Source of the DNA: Camelus ferus
Taxonomy: Eukaryota
Assembly (NCBI RefSeq): GCF_009834535.1
Contig: NC_045696.1
Span: forward strand, 63,366,001 to 63,430,000
Direction: 5' to 3'
DNA length: 64,000 nucleotides
The notes under the pieces: model-generated
Databases searched by the model: none
What the model was told of the DNA's origin: nothing
The model's input: only the letters and a program-made list of their open reading frames with translations
Shown here: piece by piece, positions 26,054-38,919 of the stretch
How positions within the stretch are numbered: position 1 is the stretch's first letter
Layout of the letters: each line of letters starts with the position of its first letter
Program-made: the position numbers and the translations under genes

Positions 26054-29000
26054 CCATCCCTCTCTCTCTTGAATCACTTGCTCTGGGGAAGCCAGCTGCC
26101 CTGGGGTGAGGCCCTTGGAGTGAGAAATTGAGGCCTGCTAGCAATGGCATGAGTGAGCTTGGAAATGATCTTCTGAGCCTGCCCGCAGCCGGGGGAGTCA
26201 TCCCAGGAGCAGCTCCTCCCTCCACTGAGCCTCGGGGACTGCAGTCCTGGTGGGCGTCTTGACTGAAGCCTCAGGAGAGACCTTGCACTGAACCCACGGC
26301 CAGGCTGTGGCCAGATTCCCCACCCACCGTGAAGCTGTGAGGTGGTGTTTGGTGTTTGCTGCTCCCCTGGGGGCCCTGGGTTATGCTGCCTTTTCTTACT
26401 TTGCAGTTGGGAGAACCGAGGCCCCAGTGGGGGCAGACACTTACCCATTTTCACAAATGGCGAGTCGGTTATGATAATGAACTTAAATATTTTGACTTCT
26501 TGTCTAGTGGTCTTTCCACTACATCAGACTTCTTCTTGCTCCCGTTTCCCACTAATGGATGAGAATAATTTAATCTGGCAAACCTCTGCCCGCCTGTGAG
26601 CTCAGGTCTTTATGCTCTGAGTGGTGTGGACCCAGCAGGGGAGGCTGGGGTGGCATAGGGTTTGGTGGGCACAGAGGATCACTTCCGGGAATGTTTGAGA
26701 GGGGAACAACCCCTACATCTGCCCCCTTTCCCAGGGCTCAAGTTTGGCTGATGGGGGGGAAGTTCAGCCCACACATATGAATTTTGAATTTAATACAGAA
26801 CTTACCACCCAGAAATGACTGTGTGAAGTGAGTGTAATTTGCCTGTATTTATTTTTTCATTATGAACTTAAGCAAAGTTTATGGGAAAAAAGGAACCGAT
26901 GATCATGAAATGTAACTCTTTTACATCTCTCCAGATTCCCTTTGTTAGTGTTCTTTGCACAGCTGTAATGGCCTGGGCAGGCTATTCAGAGTTTTGTCTT
27001 CCTCACTCAGCAAGTGTCTGTTGTGCCCCAGGCCCTGTGTGGTTGGGAACTCAGAGCCCACTGTGCCTGGTGCTCTCCCAGACCACCCTCCTGTTTTTGC
27101 CCAGCTCACCCCTTTGACTTCTGCTCCCTGCGGAGTAGCCCCCTGCTCTGACCCCCTGGCTCCACCCCAGCCGCTCTCCCACCCCAACCCTCTCATTCTG
27201 GCTCACTGATTGGACCACACTGGGTGGCACAGCCTGGAGTCTTGGTGCTCTCTCAGCCTCCACTGTGGGCTGGGCTCCTGGCCCCTGCATGGCCTACAGT
27301 CCTTCTGCATCTGGAGGAGGGGCTGAGGAATCTGCATTTTTTACAGCAAGGCTGGTTCTCAGTACGACTTGTGAACTACGGCTCTGCTCCCGCCTGTTGT
27401 TTACAACGTGGCTCTCTTCGTAATCACTTGATTGAGCTGGTTTTTAGCAAACTTGACAGAGACAGTCGAAAGCAACCCTCGATTCCCTGAGCCTGAACCT
27501 TCTTCCTGCCACCCTGGTTTTCTCCTTGTCATCCATCTTTATCTCTTTCCATGACCTGTTTTCACCTACAGCAGCAGAAGTTCAGAAGAAGCTCTCCAAT
27601 GTCGTTCTCCAGTGATGGTCATTGGCTTCCTGATGGAAGCCTACGGAGTGGTTTCTTAGGGAAGAACTAGCAATTACTGGCCATAGTAAGGGCTGAGAGT
27701 TCACTGCTGGCCTCTGCGAGTTGGTTTTACATGCATTGTGCATTAGGGACAGGCAATGCAGTGGGACGTCTGCAGCAGGGACCACGAGGTGGACTTCGAA
27801 GGTGATGCTGGAGGGTTGAGCCTCCCATAGTATCCTCCAGTCGCATCTCCCACTCTGTTTGTGAGGTCAGTCCTCCATCACTTCCTTTTCACTGCCTCCT
27901 CGAAGTAGAGGAAACCATTCCAACCTGCCTGGGGTCTGCACAATGTCCCTTGCTTCTGTCTGAGGACAAGCAGGTCCCTGCCCTGGGCCTCAGTGGCCAT
28001 AACAATGGGGGTTCCAAGGAACTCCTTTTCAGCTCTGAGATTCGGCAATACTTGCTGCAGGTAAGGGTCTCTCAGTTCCGCCTTGATCCCGTCCCAGACG
28101 TGACCTCTTTCCCTCCCAGTGGTGGCCTGGACCCACAGCCTTCCAGGCTTGGTTCATTCTTCTGCAAGTAGAGAACAAAAAAAGGTTCCCTCCCTGAGTC
28201 CTGTGAACTCAACTGGGCTGAAGTGTCAATCAGAGGGGACGCTGGAGGGGGCTTAGAAAGTGCCGTGGGCTGCAAGCCTGTCTGCAGATGTCTGCTTACT
28301 TTCACACCCTGAGTGCCCTCCAGGGGAGGCTGGGGCCACTGAACAGCAGCCAACTTCTGGTTTTGTAGCTCTGCTTTGGGGCCTGGGATGTCTGAATCCT
28401 CCCCAGGCATTTCCCCTAACCGTCTACCCCCTGAGGAAGAGCCCCACCAGCTCTGTGCACCAGCGGATGCACAGCAGGAGATGTGATAGGAATCTAAACA
28501 AAGCCTGCAGAGAGGACCGGAAGTTTGACGCGCAGGCACAAGCAGGAACCCCCAGCCCTAACAGCTGTTCTCCCCACATGACAGATAGACTCACAGCCAC
28601 AGCCTGGAAATACCACCCCAAGTGTCATCTCCGTCGCCTGCCACCCTCCTGCCCACCCCTGTTTTCTGTCGCTGCAGGTGTGATGGCTTCTGCCGTGGAC
28701 ATTGGGGTCTTGTGAGATGTCAGTCAAGAGAGCAATTATTCTTTACATAGGACCTATTACTGGTGTCCTCCATCACATGCACTTTTCCCTGTCGCCAGTT
28801 GCCCAGACTCCTTGGCTGCCCTAGGCAAGCCCTGTCCCATGCAGTCTCCACACAGGTCTCAAGGAAGGAAGGCACCTCAGGAGCAGAGGCTGTTTCCCTT
28901 TCTGCCCTCGGGCCCACAGTGAGGACAGACAGGGCCCCAGGAGTGGGACAGGCTGAAGGTTCCTCGGACTCTGGGGTCTTTGATCTGGACCTGGAACTGT

Positions 29001-29644
29001 TCCTTTAACTTGATACTGACTTCCACAACTGGGGGCTGATCCCATAAATCCTGACTCCGACACATGGCAGCCATAGATACCAGAACAAGGTGGACACAAG
29101 AAGCTGCTGTAGATGGGAGGGAACAGCAAGGGCCGATCTGACCCTGAAGGCCAGGGTGGGGGATGGGCTGGGACAGGTTGACCCTGTCCCCGCCAATAGA
29201 AGGTGATCCAGAGATGTGAAGATCACACACGTGTGATCAGGGCTGTGATGGATATGGACCTTCTTGTCCTGGCTCTGCCACCCTGGGCAAGTCACGCAGC
29301 ATAGCTGGGCCTCAGTCTCCCTATCTGCAAAATGTCAGGATACACTGGTTGACAGCCAAGGGCCATCCCAGTGTTTGTTTTCCATGTATTGTTTCTGTTC
29401 TCTAAGTGTCCAGTTTCCAAAAGGGTACGTTTGAGGGAGGTGTGGCTGAGACAGGAAGAGGGGTCTGGATGGTGAGTATAGGAGGGTAGTGTGCACAGGA
29501 AGGTATTTCCAGGATCAGAGAATTGTTTCCTCTGTTCCACAGTTGAGGGAATGGCCCCGAGAAGCTAAGTGAGTCCACAGCTGGAGTGGGGCTGGGCCTC
29601 GGTGGGTCCATACTTGGCTTTGGTTTTTTTTAAATTACTAAAAA

Positions 29645-29990
29645 AATTTTTTTTAATTGAAGTATAGTTGATTTACAATGTTGTGTTAGTTTCTGGTGTA
29701 CAGCATAGTGTTCAGTTATGCATACATATATTCCTTTTCATATTTTTTTCATTATAGGTTATCACAAGGTATTGAACATAGTTCTCTGTGCTATACAGTA
29801 AGTCCTTGTTGCTTATCTATTTTATATATAGTAGTTAGTATCTGCAAATCTTGAGCTCCCAATTTATCCCTCTGCCACTTACCGACAGTAACCATAAGTT
29901 TGTTTTCTATGTCTGTGAATCTGTTTCTGTTTTGTAAGTAAGTTCATTCGTGACATTTGTTTAGATTCCGCATATACGTGATGTCATACT
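29645..29990 (-). mobile_element. Cetartiodactyl/camelid L1 3' end (5'-truncated)
   Basis: 'ttttttaattgaagtatagttgatttacaatgttgtgttagtttctggtgtacagcatagtg...taaccataagtttgttttctatgtctgtga...ttagattcc'. Confidence 0.88.
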
Positions 29991-30110
29991 TACTATGGAA
30001 CCATCTCTGCCCCTTCCCGTCCGGCTCCATGTGCCAAAACCCTACCACCCTCTAAGCCCCTTCTCAGTGTCATCTCCTCCGTGTGGCTTCCCCAAGGCTC
30101 CTCCCACCAG

Positions 30111-30139
30111 CATCCCTATAACATCCCTATAACATCCCT
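30111..30139. repeat. Short tandem repeat (catccctataa) x ~2.7
   Basis: 'catccctataacatccctataacatccc'. Confidence 0.8.
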
Positions 30140-31009
30140 TCTCTTGCCCCCTTAACTTCTTAGACCAGAGATGGTCTGGCTGCCCCAGTGGCCTGGGAAC
30201 CCTTGAAGGCTGGGCTTCAACATGTTAAGTCCTTCTCTCCCAGCCCCTGCACAGTGAATGGCGGCAGTAGGTTCTGCTGAGTGTGGAACTGAAGTTACTC
30301 GGAGGCTCCTTCTGCATCCACATGCAGGTTCCCCAAGTCTGCCCCCACTCTGCCCAAAGGCCTCACAGGCGAGGCTGTGTAACCCTCGACTCAGCGCCTG
30401 GAGCACGTGTCCCTGTACGGTGAGGCGCATGCCCCAGCGTCCAGGAGGCTGGGAGGGACCCACGCTGTCAGTTGTGCTTTAAAGGGGCCTCTCCTCCACA
30501 GGCTCCTAGACCAGGGGGAGAATGGGGTCCGGGATCCCCTGTGCTTGCCCGTGGAGAAGCGTCTGCTGAGTGCACCAGGACCCCGACCTTCTGAGTTGTG
30601 GTGACTGTAGCCCCCCATCTTTCCATGTCCTGTTTCCACCTCCGGCAACAGGGGGTCAGAAGGAGCTGTGTCCTTCTCACGGTCCACTTCCTTCCTGTTA
30701 GAAGTACAGTGAGGACAAGGACAAGAGTGGCGGAAGCCCGCCCTGGTACCTAGCTCTGTGCGAGGCACGTGGAAGAGACTCAGTGGAGGGTTTCTGGAGT
30801 CAGATAGAGCCTATTTTTCCTATTTGTCCCAGGACTGTTAGACTTTGAGAAGGACCTCAGAGCTCACACAGTGAGTCCAGCCCCATGGCGGGCATGGGCT
30901 CTGTCTGAGCACCGTCAGACAGCAGGGAACTGCAGATTAGGCCCTGTGGCTTCCCCCTCTGCAGGAGAAACTCTGCATGGAGGCCAAGCACTTTCAGGGG
31001 CTGGTGGCC

Positions 31010-31225
31010 CAAGGGTAGTCAAAGAGCATGGGCTTCAGAGTCAAGAAAGACCTGAGTTTGAACCCTGGCTCCATAGCTTCCTGGGTGTGGCCTTGGCTGT
31101 CGCCTCTTTTCTTAATTAGAAAAGGGGATTAATAGCACTCTGCAAGGTGGCTGTTGTGTTTAAAACGAGATCCTGTTGGCAGATGCTTGAGCACACACAC
31201 AGTAGGTGCTCAGGAAGTGTAGAGG
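31010..31225 (+). mobile_element. MIR SINE
   Basis: 'aagagcatgggcttcagagtcaagaaagacctgagtttgaaccctggctcc...gtgtggccttgg...acacacagtaggtgctcaggaa'. Confidence 0.8.
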
Positions 31226-34200
31226 CAGGCACTACCCTTCCTTCTTGGTCAAGGAGGGAGATAAGATTGATCCCCGTAGGGGCATCGAGGCAGTTCCTCA
31301 GCTCTGAATACCTCGCGTGCCACCCAGTTGTCCCTAAGTGAGGCTGCCTAGGGCAAAAGGTTAAAGGGGAGTTTCATTAGAGGGCAGGGGCTTCCTTCCC
31401 TTTGGGTGCTGTTGGGGCCTAGAGGGGCCACAGGGAAATTTGCCCCAGGGTCTTCTTGCAGAGTCCAGGTCCCTGGGCCCTTACCTGACCAGGGTGTGCC
31501 TTCTCCCCCTGGGTGTGGGGAGGGTAACACCTGCCCTCTTTGCAGCTCTGGGCTGTAGCAAATATCTGTGTGCAGGATTTTCTACACACTGAAGTGCTGT
31601 GCAAACACTGGGGTCACTGCCGTTTTCCTGTGAGCACCATTGTTTTCTTAAAGAAACTTTAAGAAATGAAAGCATTTGCACTACATCTTGGTTCAAACCT
31701 TTTTTTTGTTTTTAAGCAGCAGAAAAAAGTAGGGAGCACGATTAAAAAGGAAAAAAGGAAAAAAAAAGTTTCAGGCCAACAGCTCCGACTCCATTGTTAG
31801 CCAAAGAGAACAAAGACGTAAGGAGCAGAGATTTGTTTCCAAGGGAGTTTGTCAGAGCCAAGAAGAGCTGCAGCCAGCCCAGCTGGGCCTGGGGCCAGGG
31901 CTTCCTCAGGGGGTCACGCCCTGCCCCCCGCCCCCCCCCCCCCCACCGTGCGGAGGGCACCCTCCCCTTGCCTTCCGTCCTGCTGCAGAGCTGCCTCGAC
32001 TTTCTTTACTTTAACCCTCCTTGTTTCTCTGACCAGCGACTCATTTCCCCATCACTGTTTCCTGCCCTCCTCAGCTCTCTTCCAGCCCAGGTTCCACCGC
32101 TGTCCCTGGGAGAGGCAGGCAGAGCCTCCAGGCAGCCTCCTCTGCTGCTCTCTCCCTCCCTGGTGGCCTATCCAGGCCCAGGCTGTGGCCCCCGTGGCTG
32201 CCTGTGCTCCCCGGGCTCTGCTCCCCGGGCTGCCTGTGGTCAGAGGTGTTGGCCTCCTTGCACAGGCCTTCGGCACCTTCCTCAGGTTGCAGGCTGGGTG
32301 GAGGCTTTGGCAGTGAATGTGCCTGAAACCTGAAAGCTGTCCAAGGCCCAGTTAGAAAGGGATGAAGGGGCAGACCAGAGCCCTTATGAGTAGGCAGCTG
32401 CCACCAGCCACCACTGAAACCTTAGTGAGCCCAGCTGGGGGCACTGATGGATGCAAGGGGAAGGCGGCTGGGAAGGGGCTTTCGCCCAGCCCATCAGAGG
32501 CACCCGCCACCTTTGAGTGAGCTACCTGCCAGCTGGCAGCTATGACTGGCATTCACTCCTTTTCAGCAGAGTTCAAAGACAAATAAACGGAATTGGTGGA
32601 AAGGCTTGGCTCCAGGGCAGGAGGTGGAAGGCATTCCCTGGTCCTGGTGGAGTAACCCAGTGACCGGCACACATACACCTAGGGAGGAGGGGTCAGAGAC
32701 CATAGGCACCTCGCTGCCAGCTGCTCTGACCCACTATTTTACAGATTGGGAAACTGAAGCCTGGAGAGGGAAGGGACCCATGCAGCAGCAGAGCCTGGAT
32801 GGCTGCCCAGCCCTGTGCCCCTCCTCCTTCACCTGCTGCTGACTCGCACCAAACCAAGCAAATCCTGGCACCCCAAGCACCCAGGCACCAAAGGGTTGTA
32901 AACCAGCTGATTGGAGCAGGGAGTGCACTGTCTCAGGGAAAAGAAATGTTTCATGGTCGCCTGCGTCTCCCAGTGCCCAGGATCCCCACGTTTCCAGGTG
33001 TAAATCAGGATGGACTTTCTTAAAGAGGATTTTGTCCTCCCGGTTGATTTCTAGTTGCTGGAAATTCAGGGAAAGCGATCATCCACACGCACGTGTGCAT
33101 GCAGGAGTGGGCGGGAAACTTTTGGGGCAGGGAGCTACCCATGGACACCTGCTTTCAGGTTGAACCGTTCTGGCTTCTCAGCCCCATCTGTCTCCCCATG
33201 TGTGAATGTACATATTCTCTAGAAGCTCTGGTTTTCTGACACCATCTCCAGTGGGGAGCAGCAAAGGAGGGTGGGTGGAGTGGGGGAGAGGATCTGGGGA
33301 TGGGGTCTGAGAGGGCACTTGAAGTGGGGGCTTCATATGGTAGTCGTGGGGGGAATGGGAAGGCCATGTTCTCATTATGGTAGTTGTCGTTCCCCCAACT
33401 GCCTGCCACTCCGCCAGGGCCCTCGTCATCTGTCTCTCACCCTGGCAACAGCCTCCAACAGTGATCTCCCCACTGCCACGTCCCCACTTCCACACCAAGC
33501 AATCCTTTCCCGAGCTCCCCCTGCTTACATGATAAAGTCTAAACTCTTTCACTGTCCCCTGCCCCCTTACACTTTTCCTATCTTTTTGTTGCAACAGACC
33601 TTCTGCACCCTTGCCTTCTGCCCTCCGTGCTTTCCCTGCCTGCCTCTGCAAGCCCACCTCCCTCCCTCCTCCAGCCACAGGAGCCTTGGACCCAGCAGTA
33701 GAGGCCCACCTCTGCCCTTGTTATCCCTCTGCCAGAAGCCCCTTCCAGCTAACTGCCCACCCTGCTGGTCCTGCTGAACTCCCACCTCCCTCTGACATTT
33801 AACTTCCAATTTGCTCCCTTCGCACCAGCCACCCTTTCCTTCACCTGCCCAGTCTCCTCCACAGAACCTCAAAGAGAGTATTGAAATTGTCAGGAATCTC
33901 TCCTACACATGATGATGAACTGCTCAAGGGCAGGCCCATTCATCATTCACTGTAGGCTGCCCAGCGTCTAGCATTTAGTAAGTGCTTAAGAAAATATTTA
34001 TCGAGTCCAAATCATCTCTCTTCCTGGTCTGAGAGCTCCTCTGAGGCAGAACCTGTCTCTGCATCACCCAGCACCAGGACGTCTGGTGTAGTACTGGCTT
34101 CAGTCTGCCCACAAATGCGTAGTCAGTTGACTTTCAGTGACGCTGCTGTTGGGGGAGGTAATCTATAGTGTTTGTCTCCAAACATCCCTTGCTTGTGGAA

Positions 34201-36089
34201 AAACTTCCAGGCTGTCTGTGTTAGCAACCATTCGTGGTTTTCAAAGGTGAAAAGCAATTTGCCACAAGCAGAGAATGACAAATACTCAGGATGGGAGAGG
34301 AAGGGAAGGATACAATTATGGGAGGTGGGGGAGCTGTCAGCCCCACCTCCTGAGCTGTCCTTCTGCAAGTGAGAAGGAAAACAAGAGGAAGATTCTTCTC
34401 AGAAAATCCCTATTTGCTCCTGAAAAGACAGGGAAAATGTTGTGTCCTTTCACTGTGAGGCATCAGAGTCCACGAGCAGGAACCATCTCATTACACTGGA
34501 AGTGCTGGCCCAGGGTGCGGGGACCTTGTGAGGCACCTGAGGTAAACGCCCACAGTATTCAAAACATGAGGTTTAACAATATTTCCACAAGCACTCAATA
34601 TCTCCACAAGCATTCGATATCTCCACCAACTCGGGGCTTTTGGCAATTGAAAATGAAATTCTCTCTCTGTCGGTCACTGAACCATATTTGTTAAATACCG
34701 CCCAGTTCCTACTGTCTTGATATTTAAATTTTATTGGGAGGAGACAGATTAAACACATACACATATACACCCACGTGAAAATCAACAAGAAAACATCAGA
34801 GTGTTCTTTGCAGGGAATTAACGCTGGGCAGGTCAGGGAAGGCTTCCTAGAGGAGGCAGCTTTTGAGCTGAGGCCAGCCGCAGATGCTGGGGAAGGGCAC
34901 TCCAGGCCGAGGGCGCAGCAAGTGGGTGGTCAGCGCAAGCTTGCTGGGTCCAAGGTCTGAAGAGAGAGGGAGAGAGGGAGAGGCAGCAGGTGTCAAGAGG
35001 ATGCCTCCTCTTTAATTCTGCAATCCACACAAAGGGAGGCTCGGTGGAAAGAGAATGGATTCAGGAGACGGGTCCTGGATTGGGCTTGACCACTGACTTC
35101 CCATGGGACAGGCCAGGGGCAGGCGCTTTTGGTCTCTCTTTGGCTCTTCGCTTCACTTCTGGGTGACATCTGACCATCCCAGCCCTGAAAAGTTAGGCCG
35201 TCTGCTGTGGTACTGATGAGACCAAGAGAAAACGTCCTCGGCTCCGCCGATATTAATTTGCCTGAAGGAACCCAGCAGCTTTCCACGAAGAGCTGCACTT
35301 TCCTGGGGGGTTTGAGTGGGGCCCCCTTTTAAGATGAAGATTGTTCCTCACCTTGGTGACTCTTGGCTGCTGGCTTTCCTCACACCAACTGCTGGTCTAT
35401 AGCCGACCAGCTGCTGGTCTGGGTTCGAGGCTGAGGGGGTGGCTGAATTGACAAGAAGCTCTGTGACACCACGGTGGGGCGGGATTCCAGCCTCCTGAGA
35501 AACAGGTCACCACCCCACCCCCCCCAGCAACCCTGGCACCTTCCTCCCTCCTGACTCAGCGTGACTGGAGTGTGGATTTTGGCGGATGAAGGCCACACGC
35601 CAAACTCTTGTGTGACCAGGAGACCACCCAGCCGTGAACAATCGGCTTGCCACGTTGCAGGGTGGGTTATTCTCTGCACGGACTTGTTTTTCCTGGCTCT
35701 GGGAAAGCCACGTGCTTCATGGCAGTGTGTTGAGGAGCCTCTGTGGGCTCTATTTACACAGCGATGGGAGAGAGAGACACTTTTTTGTGTCAACAGATGG
35801 GTACATGGGAACAGAATGGTTTATAACTCGTTAAACTGCCTGTCCCAATAAATGCCAGGGCCCCTCCTGCCTGTGGCTCATGTGTACGATATGTGCAAGG
35901 CTTTGGGCGGTACCCACAACACACTCTCGCCAAGCACTGCTCTTTTGAATAACCCTCTTCGGCAGCGCCAGCTAATTCATACCAGGAAGGAGCTTGCATC
36001 CTTTGCTGGCTAGCGAATCCCGGGATCCCCGGGAAGTGGGGAGGATCCCTAATGTCCTTAGCTCATGATCGCCTTTATAGCGTCAACTC

Positions 36090-36350
36090 CTACCACCACA
36101 TCTGTCCAATCTGAGCACAGAACACCTCCGGGGACCAGGAGTTCACTGCCTAGGAACTTGTCTGTTCTTTGTGGGATAGCTTAGCTCATAGAAGGTTCTT
36201 TCTTAGAGTAGTCAAAGCCTGCCCTCTAAATACACGTGCACTCTAGGGCCCTTTGGGGTCAGATAAGGTCCAACCCCCTCTTCTGTGACTGTGCTGTTGG
36301 CAGACAGTTCTCCCAATCTGGGATGAACTGCCTAAGTCCCTTCAGCTCTT
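36090..36350 (-). mobile_element. L3/CR1 fragment
   Basis: 'aacacctccggggaccaggagttcactgcc...agaaggttctttctta'. Confidence 0.5.
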
Positions 36351-36739
36351 TCTCCTACGACCTGGTTTTACCCCCTCACTGTTTGTCCAAGCCCCATTTA
36401 CTTCCCTAGAAATGTGGCTCCCAGGTGCTCCCCGAGCAACCCAGAGAGGGCCCAGGAGAGCCCCCGCATCCTCTGAGAGGCAGGCGGGCCCTTCTACTGA
36501 GGGACAAATGAGGGTGGGGTTCTGGCCCCCTACAGTCACATGCTGGGGCTCCCCTCAGGGTCACTCCTGCCTCCTGCCCTCAGCCTGGCGGGCACCCCCT
36601 CTATCAGTCACCCAGGGCCCTGGAATTGATACTCCTTGGGCCTCAGAGTAGACGGCTGAGGAAGGCGGGGGTCTGCCGGCCAGCTGCTCACACTCTCCTG
36701 GTTCTTCATTTCCCCTTCGTGTGGAAAGTGCACGTTCTA

Positions 36740-36960
36740 ACCCAGGTCAGTGAGATGTTAGTAACAACGAGAAGCCTCACATGAATGTGGACCGCACAGT
36801 TGTCCCACACTATTTCAGTCTCCCGCTGCCTGGGAGCTGGGCACAGCAGGGGCTGCTGCCCCGGTACAGCTGAGGAAACTGAGGCTCGGGGCGAAATGAC
36901 GGGGCCGTCCCAAAAGGAGATGGCAACACTAACCAGAAAGAGAACCCATGTTTTTTGAGG
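36740..36960 (-). mobile_element. MIR SINE (strongly GC-shifted)
   Basis: Core 'tacagctgaggaaactgaggctc' is retained; flanks are GC-enriched relative to the recalled consensus. Confidence 0.7.
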
Positions 36961-38372
36961 CCAAATCAAATGCCTTGCCCTGCCCTCAAACAGCTCAGCA
37001 TAGTCGGGGGGACAGGATGTGCTTGCAGGGAGACCTCTGAAGACCGGGGCATGGGGCTGAGGCCTCAGGTCATGCCCCTCCGCCCTTAGATGTCACATCC
37101 TTTAGTTCGTGAAGCAGTGGCCGAGGGACAGTGCTGGGTGGTGTATCCCTCCTGCTGCAGTGCTCTGGCTCAGAGACGAGGCCGGGCTGTGCCTAGCCAG
37201 CGTCTGGGGTGGTGGCGGGTGCCTGCTCTGCCACTCTCCTCAGTACCCGGAAGCCTGAGGGCATGAGGGCTGGCTGCCTTCCCAGAAAACACAGTTCAGT
37301 GTCTGCCTGCCCTGTCCTTGAGCCCTGACCCAGCTCTGTCCCCTGGCATGATCTGCAGTGAGCCGCCCCTCCTGGAGCCCAGGGAGAACAGGCTCCCAGG
37401 CCTGGGAGACCCTCCTCGTAGGATGCGGACCCCACGCCCACCTCTTCAGCACTGCTCTGTATGAGAGGCGCCAGTGGCAGCTGGGTCCCCAGGAACTGGA
37501 GATCCCAAGGTCCGCATGTGGCCACATTCAGAGCGGGAGGCCAGCTTCTGGAGAGCTCAAAGGAAGGACTTTGTTTTCAAGAAGAAGATAGGGCAGGGGT
37601 CACCTCCCCCTTCCTGATGAGTGAGTGGCTCCAAGATGGCCCCTCTCCAGCCCAGCTCTGCCAGGGCAGGGGGCATGGGGTTGACAGGGCTGGAGTCACT
37701 CCCCCAGCCCCCAACCCCTCAGTCTTTGAGCTGCATGGGCTCAGCACAGCTAGTGTGTGGTCCAGCCAGAGGAGACTTTCTGTGCCCTAGATCTGACCAC
37801 AGTGAGCAGAAAGCCTTTTTTTCTCTTGAAGAGCAGTGGGGCAGGCCCCTGGGTGGAGGGGAAGGCTGACTCTTAGATATGCCGGTTTGAAAACGCAGGA
37901 TGGTCTTACAGGAAAGGGGTGGGTTTAATCAGGCTACCCCTGGGCACTGAGGTTCTTGTCATTGAAGGCAAAAAAAAAAAAGAACCAGTCCTATTTTCAA
38001 GATGGTGCGATGTTTGGTGCAAGGTAGGGTGAAGGGCGGTGGGCAGTGGGCAAGGAGGTGGCCATGTCTCCCTTTTTCAGGTTCGTGCACTGACAAAAGC
38101 CTATGGAAGGGAGAATGAAAAGCCCTGGTTTCAAGTCCAGGTTCTGCCAAAGACTGCCAGGGACCAACTCAGTGTTCTCATCTGTGAAATGGGGTGTTAA
38201 AATGTGCCCCCCCGGAAAAATCACTAAATTGTTGCGGGAATTAGATTTGAAGGGCTTTTTCAACTGTGAGGTCCTGTGGAATGGGACTGATACTGCCATG
38301 GTCCAATAGGCCTGGGAAAGGCGCCCCACCTTTGGGGGGGGGCAGCCGAATGGGAACGCGCATATTCCTTCC

Positions 38373-38386
38373 CCACTAGGAGGCGC
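38373..38386 (+). promoter_or_regulatory. Candidate CTCF site in a CpG-enriched patch (~38300-38770)
   Basis: CCACTAGGAGGCGC is a one-mismatch match to the CTCF core CCACYAGRKGGCRS. Confidence 0.5.
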
Positions 38387-38919
38387 ACTTGGCACTTTCA
38401 GAGACGAGATTCTCAGTGTGGCACGATAAGGAGGTGGAGGGTAGCCGTCTGCCCTGCCCCCTCCCTCCTCCCTCCTACCACCCCCACCCTCTCTGCAGGC
38501 ATCCCTTAGGGCAAACGTTGGCGCAGGACCTTCCGTCTCCCTCCGCCCGCGCGCCCCCTGCCTTGGCAGGCTTTCAGAGACCAGGGAGGAGGCCTGGCTG
38601 CCAGGAAGGGTGGGGCTGCCAGACACCGCCCAGCTGCAGTGTGACCCCGCCAGTCCCGGGAAACTCTCCAAACCTTGGACCTCAACGGACATCCGGCAAC
38701 TCAGAGAGGTGGCGGCAGGGCCTGCCAGGGGGACCGAGGGCGAGGGCGTGCGGGATGCCTCTGAGGTCAGGTTGAGAAAGGAAGGGCCACGTTTTATCCT
38801 ATTCTGCAGTGGGAGGGCTTCGTGATGTACTCACAGTGTTAGCAGAAGTAGCTGGGCACCCTTCAAAAATGCTTTTCACACCCCACCCCATGCTACGTAT
38901 TTATTAATTAAAAAAAATT

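Larger units (their letters stand above)
25271..26395 (+). mobile_element. MLT1 (MLT1F-like) ERVL-MaLR solo LTR, split by the COX5B retrocopy
   Basis: Begins 'tgtggtggttctaaagatg'; has 'tagaatgtggcagaa' and 'cacttccaagattagg'; resumes after the retrocopy with 'cacttgctctggggaagccagctgcc...gagtgagcttggaa'. Confidence 0.8.

Noticed and set aside
26024..26077. N-terminal extension of the COX5B ORF in the ORF track (MIQEREGWFLEALVFLAG)
   Set aside because: Starts at a non-ATG codon and runs through LTR, TSD and 5'UTR sequence; the plausible start is the ATG at 26023.
37997..38692. 231-aa minus-strand ORF
   Set aside because: Reads through a MIR (LTPHFTDENTE is translated MIR core) and a GC-rich patch; no protein homology recognised.
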